Of a stretch of DNA of 64,000 bases, positions 50,066-64,000 are shown piece by piece. The translations under genes were made by a program, and so were the position numbers. This stretch comes from the human T2T-CHM13v2.0 reference genome, Homo sapiens. The DNA is taken from NCBI RefSeq assembly GCF_009914755.1, contig NC_060931.1; one strand, written 5' to 3'. Each line of letters starts with the position of its first letter. Positions within the stretch are counted from its first letter, which is position 1. The notes beneath the pieces are model-generated. The model saw only the letters and a program-made list of their open reading frames with translations, was not told the origin of the DNA and searched no databases.

Positions 50066-50363
50066 GCTGCAAATCCTACCCGAAGGGTCCCGCGCCCACC
50101 CACACTGGCCAGTCCGCTGCAAATCCTACCCACAGGGTCCCACGCCCACCCACACTGGCCAGTCCGCTGCAAATCCTACCCGAAGGGTCCCACGCCCACC
50201 CACACTGGCCAGTCCGCTGCAAATCCTACCCGAAGGGTCCCGCGCCCACCCAAACTGTCCACTGCGCTGCAAATCCTACCCAAAGGGTCCTGTGCCCACT
50301 CAAACTGGCCAGTCCACTGCAAATCCTACCCGAAGGGTCCCGCGCCCACCCAAACTCGCCAGT
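50066..50363 (+). repeat. 50-bp minisatellite x6
   Basis: ctgcaaatcctacccgaagggtcccgcgcccacccacactggccagtccg at 50067+50n. Confidence 0.96.
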
Positions 50364-51191
50364 GGAAATGGGTTTCCATCCGTGAAATGAGCCTGCAGGT
50401 GATGGGGAAACTCGGCCAGGCCAAGATCAGGACCTCTCTGCCAACAGAGATATCTCCTCTAAAAGCAGTGAGATTCCAAATCCCCTGCCTGGTCAGGAGG
50501 GGTGCAGGAGGGTGGCTTTGATGGAGAGGGAGTGCCTCCACTCCCACGGATGAAGATGCAGGCAGGGCCCCCCAGCGCACCACAGCCATCCAGGGAGAGC
50601 AAATGAAGAGGAGAGCTGGGCATTACCAGTGGATCCATGTCCACACGCCCTTCCGCCTACACGCAGTCCTTTCGGACAGCCCAAAGTGAGGTGGACGCCC
50701 TGCCGTGTGCTGAATGGCATGTGGCCTCCGCCCAGGTCTCCAGGGAGCTGTTGGAAACCCAGTGCTGTGACCTCACACGGTCAAAAGCAGCTCCTCGTGG
50801 ACAAAACCCCGGGGAGGGGAATCCAGGGTGCTGAGGGGATGGACCACAGGGCTCTACAAACACCGGCAATCACCTCCTGCGGAGGACGGCGCATCCCCTG
50901 AACTCCCTGCCAAGTAAACACCTCATCACTCTCCGGTCACCATGACAACGGGCCATCTCACAATCTCTCAGAATGGCACAGACGCCTCCCTGGAGCTGCG
51001 AGTCCCTTGCTCACATCCATCCCCAGGCTGAATCACTGGGAGACGGAAATCAAGGGTGAGACGCTGCAAATACTTTCTCAAACCTTTGCATCCTTCTAAT
51101 CGACCTCAGGTATCGGCTGTATGGGACCCGCTCTTAGGGAAATCATCACATCGTCATCCACTGCTCCTACACAAACCAGGAGGTCTCACTA

Positions 51192-51714
<523 letters not shown>

Positions 51715-52010
51715 TTATATCAACACTGAGGCCCTGCAGTCGCCCGGGAGAAACAGAAACCTCAGGCCAAACTGCGCTCATACCAGAGTAATTTTTCAGC
51801 AGTTCACATTGCCTCCTGAAGGTTGGGGAGGCAGGAACACAGCCGGAGACCGACCCGGGCACTCAACGCACGTTCAGTCAGGGAGAGGGCAAGAGGCAGG
51901 ACAGCCCTGGACAGGGAAGGGCAGGTTCTCAACCCCATAGTAGGAAAACCTGGGGCTTCATCCCAGATGCCCTGCAGGCTGGAGGGGGCTGAGAAGAGGA
52001 GTTTGTTTGA

Positions 52011-52990
<980 letters not shown>

Positions 52991-53088
52991 ATCCATCTTA
53001 TGTTTCATTTTTGCTTTTGTTTTTAATATGGACAGCATGCATTGGGTTTGGGATGTACTGCCTTTGCGATAACCGCGAGACCTGGACT

Positions 53089-53634
<546 letters not shown>

Positions 53635-53788
53635 CTACATATACTTTAAAGCCTGTTTCAATGCCACCTCCATAGGAAGTTTTGGGTCCCCTTCCCCTTC
53701 CCCCACCCACCTCCAGTGCATTCTGCTCAGACCTCTGTGAGAGCTCACATCACGTGTTCCCAAGATGATGTCTTGCACGAGTTCGTTA

Positions 53789-54132
<344 letters not shown>

Positions 54133-54736
54133 AGAACCAAGCGAACAAACGAGAAATGAATGAGCAAATGAACAAAAATGTAGTCGGGACAGAAGTCGGA
54201 GCCCCACATCCTCACGCCATATAAACTGTCATGACCAGACGACCGCTCAGCTACTCACAGTCGCTCTGTGATCGGCAGGTGCAGGGATGGTTTTGGGGCT
54301 GAAGACGTGGGATCAGAGGTGGCCGGCGAGAAAGGCAGGATGATCTCTGCCAACCGCAGCCCAGAATGTGCCCCAGAATCGAGTAACCCAGCCCTGGGGA
54401 TTGTCCTGGTCCTGTCCCGTCCCACACGGGGATGAAGTACAGACGTCCAGCCCAGAAAAGAAAATATCTGGGCGGGTCCTGGGGTCGGGGTGGAATCTAA
54501 GAGAGAGCCCCGTGCCGGTCAGGAAGGGGTCAGTGGTGCTGCCTTCCCAAGCCTAGACTTGTGAAGCGCCATCTGAATTACGATGACCTCGTGTTCCATG
54601 ATGGAGACTGCAGTGGAGGCAGAAACAGTTTCAAGTGAGATGGGCGAGGTCACAAGACAGAGCCCACTGGAGTCTGCAAGCTACAGGAATTGTGACCAAA
54701 TAAAGTGCCTCAGCCAGCCACCGGTGGGGTCAATAG

Positions 54737-55661
<925 letters not shown>

Positions 55662-56222
55662 CAATGGGACTTAGCTTTTGAGATCCATGCTAAAAGTAGT
55701 TTACTTCATAGAGGAGAGACTGGCCCAGGGCCTCACGGCTCCGGCAAGGACCCTGGGCTCTCCCTTTGCAGGAACCAGAAGCCGCTTCTCTTCAAGGAAC
55801 GAGGTTGGGGTCCCAGTCTCTTGGCTGAAAGAGCTTTGCCTGTCCAGGCTCGACGGGACTTCCCATCTTTGGCAGGTGAAGAATCAGACTAGGCAGGATA
55901 CAGGTGGTTCCATACACACAGGCCGCTTCAGGAGGCCTAGGGAGAAAGGGGGACGGCGAGCAGGGCCCCTCCCCAGGGCTGCATGGGGGTGACCTCTCAC
56001 GGGCTCTGCCTGTGCACATGCCAGGCTGCTCTTCCCCTTCCCCTCTTGGGATTCCGGGAAAGCCTCTCATTTTGCAGCCCCCACTTCCTGTCTCCTGTTT
56101 TCATACTGATGCATTGTCTGAGCTGCAGGACGGTCGAGGTCGTGGGGCCGGGACAGGCTTTCCAGGCCAAAGCCATCTTCGTAACAACACTGTGGGAACA
56201 GGGTTTCCAGAAAGCTCCGTGG

Positions 56223-56369
56223 CCAGAATGTGCCCCAGAATCGAGGAACCCGGCCCTGGGGATTGTCCTGCTCCTATCCCGTCCCACAGAGGGGGATGAA
56301 GTGCAGACGTCCAGCCCAGAAAAGAAAATATCTGGGCGGGGCCTGGGGTGGGGGTGGAATCTAAAGAGA
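56223..56369 (+). repeat. Local duplicate (about 145 bp) of 54361-54503
   Basis: ccagaatgtgccccagaatcgag...cagacgtccagcccagaaaagaaaatatctgggcggg...ggtggaatctaa in both. Confidence 0.95.
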
Positions 56370-56944
56370 TTTCCTAGACCCAAGTTTATCCTCCCGAGAG
56401 AAGCCTACACGCAGGGATTACAGGCAGACGGAATTCCTCAGTCCTGCCTGCGGCCCGGTTCTCGCTCCTGTGGGGACACAGCCTGCCCCGTCCCACTGAA
56501 AGGGTTTTCTGAGAGGCGGCTGATCCACCCCGCCTGATGCCTTCAACGGAGGGCGTCTAGGCTTCCACGGGGTCATCCACTGCGTGCCGGGCAGGCATGA
56601 GTGGTGTTTCTGGACCACCTCCTCCGAGCAGTTCCATGAGCGGCCCTAAGACAGCCCCTCTGCACTCTGTGAAACCCTAAATCTCAAGCGCCAGTTGTAT
56701 TTGAGGACCAGGGGTCTCCAGGAGAGGGCTCACATGGTACCAACCCCAGGCCAGGACCCATAAGCCCACCTAGCAGCGGCAAATCATCCCCAGCCATGAG
56801 GCGGGGAAACTGAGGCCCAGAGAGGGTAAAGGATTTGTTCAGGGGAACCCAACCATTCAGTGGCAAGGTTGGAAGAGAAACGCAGGTCTTCAATCATTTA
56901 CTGAGCACCTATTGTGTACCAGGCCTCACATAGAGAGTATAGCA

Positions 56945-57220
56945 AACAAGGGAAGGCGAAGGAAAGGAGAAAAGAGAAGGGAAGAGAAGGGAAGGGAAGG
57001 GAAGGGAGGGGAGGGGAGGGGAGGGAAGGGAAGGGACGGGAGGGAAGGGAAGGGAGGGAAGGGAAGGGAGCGGAGGGGAGTGGAGGGGAGGGGAGGGGAG
57101 GGAAGGGAGCGGAGGGGAGGGGAGGGGAGGGAAGGGAGCGGAGGGGAGGGGAGGGGAGGGAAGGGAAGGGAAGGGAGGGGAGGGGAGGGAAGGGAGCAGA
57201 GGGGAGGGGAGGGAAGGGAA
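56945..57220 (+). repeat. Polypurine (GGGAA/GGGGA)n tract
   Basis: Direct reading. Confidence 0.95.
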
Positions 57221-57233
57221 TTAGAAATTAACA

Positions 57234-57410
57234 GGCTGGGCAGGGCACCATGGCTCATGCCTGTAATCCCAGCACTTCGGGAGGCCAAGGCAGGTGGATC
57301 ACCTGATGCCAGGAGTTCAAGACCAGCCTGGGTCACATAGGGAGACCTCATCTCTATAAAAATATTAAGAAAATTAAAAATTAAATTAATAAAATAAAAA
57401 TAAAAATAGA
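57234..57410 (+). mobile_element. Alu left monomer with long A-rich tail
   Basis: Consensus left arm only. Confidence 0.85.
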
Positions 57411-57514
57411 AGATGAAGATGCAAGTCCCAGTGAGGCTAGGGGCAGAGTGTACACAGGAGGGTGTGAGCACAGGCGAGAGCCCTGCTCACCCTCAGAAGC
57501 AGATGGCATGACTC

Positions 57515-57970
57515 TATGTGTGCACATCTAGGAAAGTACGTGTGCATGTGTGTCTAGGTAAGTACGTGTGCGTGTGTGCATATCTAGGTACGTATGTGTT
57601 AGTGTGTGTCTAGGTAAGTACGTGCGTGAGCATGTGCACATATGTGTGAACATGTACATATCCAACTAAGTACATGTGTGTGCACATCCAGAGAGGTACA
57701 TGCATGTGACCATATGCACATCTAGTTAAGTACATGTGTGAGCGTGTACACATGCATGCAAACACACCCCTTACATCCACCACTCTCGGAGTAAACTGAG
57801 TATGTCCAGGTGTGCGCACAGCTATGCATCTGGGTAAGTGCGTGTGTTTTAATGCATGTGCACACACGACTCCACGTACCCTCCTCCTCGGTGGCAACAG
57901 TACATCCTTGCCTGTGTGTGCATGTGTGTGCATCTGGGCGAGTGTGTGTACATGTCACTCACACACACTT
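57515..57970. repeat. Degenerate (TG/CA)-rich low-complexity tract
   Basis: Direct reading. Confidence 0.85.
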
Positions 57971-59479
57971 GCACTCACTCCCTCACCCACCATGGCGGCT
58001 GTCTCCCCACCCCACCTCTCCCCACGCAGCAGCAGCAGCTGGTGATTCAGCCTCTCCCTCCTGGAGGGCAGCACCCCAGCTCCAGCCTGCCACACACAGG
58101 GGCACCAGCCTTGCAGGGCAAAGGCGGAGAAGCCTGAGTTCCTAGGACGGAGGATGAGAAAGAAGCAGAAGGGGGGGTTCCACCATCAAAGCCAACCCCA
58201 GGAGAACCCTGCACCCTGCCCCAGCACGCCAGGGGCCAGAGCCCACAGGCAAGGTGGGAAGGGTGTGGCCTCAGAGGCATGCCTGGGTTTGCGCCCAGCT
58301 CCATGACTCTCCCTGGCTGATGGTGGGGAACCCACGTTCTCTCTCCAAGCACCCGTTTTCTCATTTGTAAGATGGGAATGTAAATATCTCATCTGGCCAG
58401 GCCTGCGTGAGAATTCGATGAGATAAAGTATGCAAAGCACCACGTGCCATATCTCGGTGTTCCTGCACTGGGAGGCACTGAGTCCCAAAGCAGGAAGGCA
58501 CTGACGGTTAGGGCCCCTCCCAACGCAGGAACAGCCGGGGTAGGAAGGGCAGAGGTCACAGCTGGAGGAAGGAGTGGGCAGTTACCCCCTCAGTCCATCA
58601 CACACTGTCATGCTCACCAAGTAGTGAGCTAGGAGGGCCAGAGGACACTAAAGACCCTCCCTCCCTGCAGAGCTGGGACTTGGGGTTGAAGCTCAAGCCG
58701 AGATCTCCTCCTCTGAGCTCACCCAAGACAGGGTCGTGGTGAGAGGCTCTCTGAGGAAGCAGCCGTGGCCCTAAAGCAAGTGCTGAAGAGCGGCCAGCTG
58801 CAGGAGGGGTGGGGAGGAAGTTCCAGGTGACAGGACAGTGCTGGCCGGAGCCCGTGGGTGGCCATGGGCTGCAGTGGAGAGGCAAGCAGGAGCCAGACCC
58901 CGTGAGGCAGGAAGGAGCTTAGATTTGTTAGGAGAGCACTGGAAAGGTTTGGGAAGGTTTTAAGAAGGGGGAGCAGTTCAATTTGTGTTTCTGGAAGATG
59001 GCTCCAGCTGTGACTGATATGGAAAATGGAGCTCGAGGCCCGATGGGAAGCAGAGAGGCTGCTGCAGTCATTCAGCCGAGGGGACAGCGGCGTGGGCGGG
59101 GGAAGGGGCGGCAGGGAGAGAAACAGGCATATCTGTGTGCCAGAGGTAGGATCTCTCTTGCATGGAGAATGTGAGAGAAACCCCAGAGGAGAAAGGACAA
59201 AATGGGGGTCCCCGAATTCCATGAACTGATACGAGTGTGAGGTTCAACCCCAAGTTTCGTATGCACAGAACACAGAGAACCACAGAAAAGGTGCTGAGGA
59301 CTGAGCTGCAAGCAAAACAATGTCCAAGTCCCAGACCAGCCCCCAAGCGACCCACACAAGGGTGCGCCCAAGCAGCACCCCAAAGGCTTGGAAACGGAAC
59401 TCATGTTGGCATCGTCACCCACCAAGGATGAGAGAGAACTTGCAGCATGGACCTCGTCAATTGATTTCCTGCCAAAACA

Positions 59480-64000
<4,521 letters not shown>

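Overview
Human (primate) genomic DNA, almost entirely intronic, from the PRKAR1B locus (PKA regulatory subunit RI-beta, chr7p22.3), transcribed on the minus strand. Only two coding exons are present: 39471-39641 (171 nt, [10 protein letters not shown]...[23 protein letters not shown], containing the type-I pseudosubstrate RRGGV) and 36144-36235 (92 nt, [30 protein letters not shown](S)), both with canonical AG/GT sites. The rest is about 45 Alus (including a young AluYa5), old L1/L2/MIR/MaLR/Tigger fragments and a dense set of minisatellites (46, 51, 49, 76, 56, 19, 58, 22 and 50 bp units) plus large simple repeats. None of the long ORFs in the track is a credible new protein; they are repeat artefacts. 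I find no new protein-coding system. The most interesting candidate mechanism is a 58-bp minisatellite fused to the donor of the 92-nt exon: each unit carries a copy of the 5' splice site in register (the most distal identical to the real one) and most units carry a 9-14 nt stretch complementary to the same exon's 3' splice site, with an in-frame TAG right after the real donor. Also notable are VNTRs that multiply TF-like motifs (kB-like x22; CTCF-like plus RE1-like x8) and four short-range non-tandem duplications. Repeat subfamily calls are by eye and boundaries are approximate unless stated.
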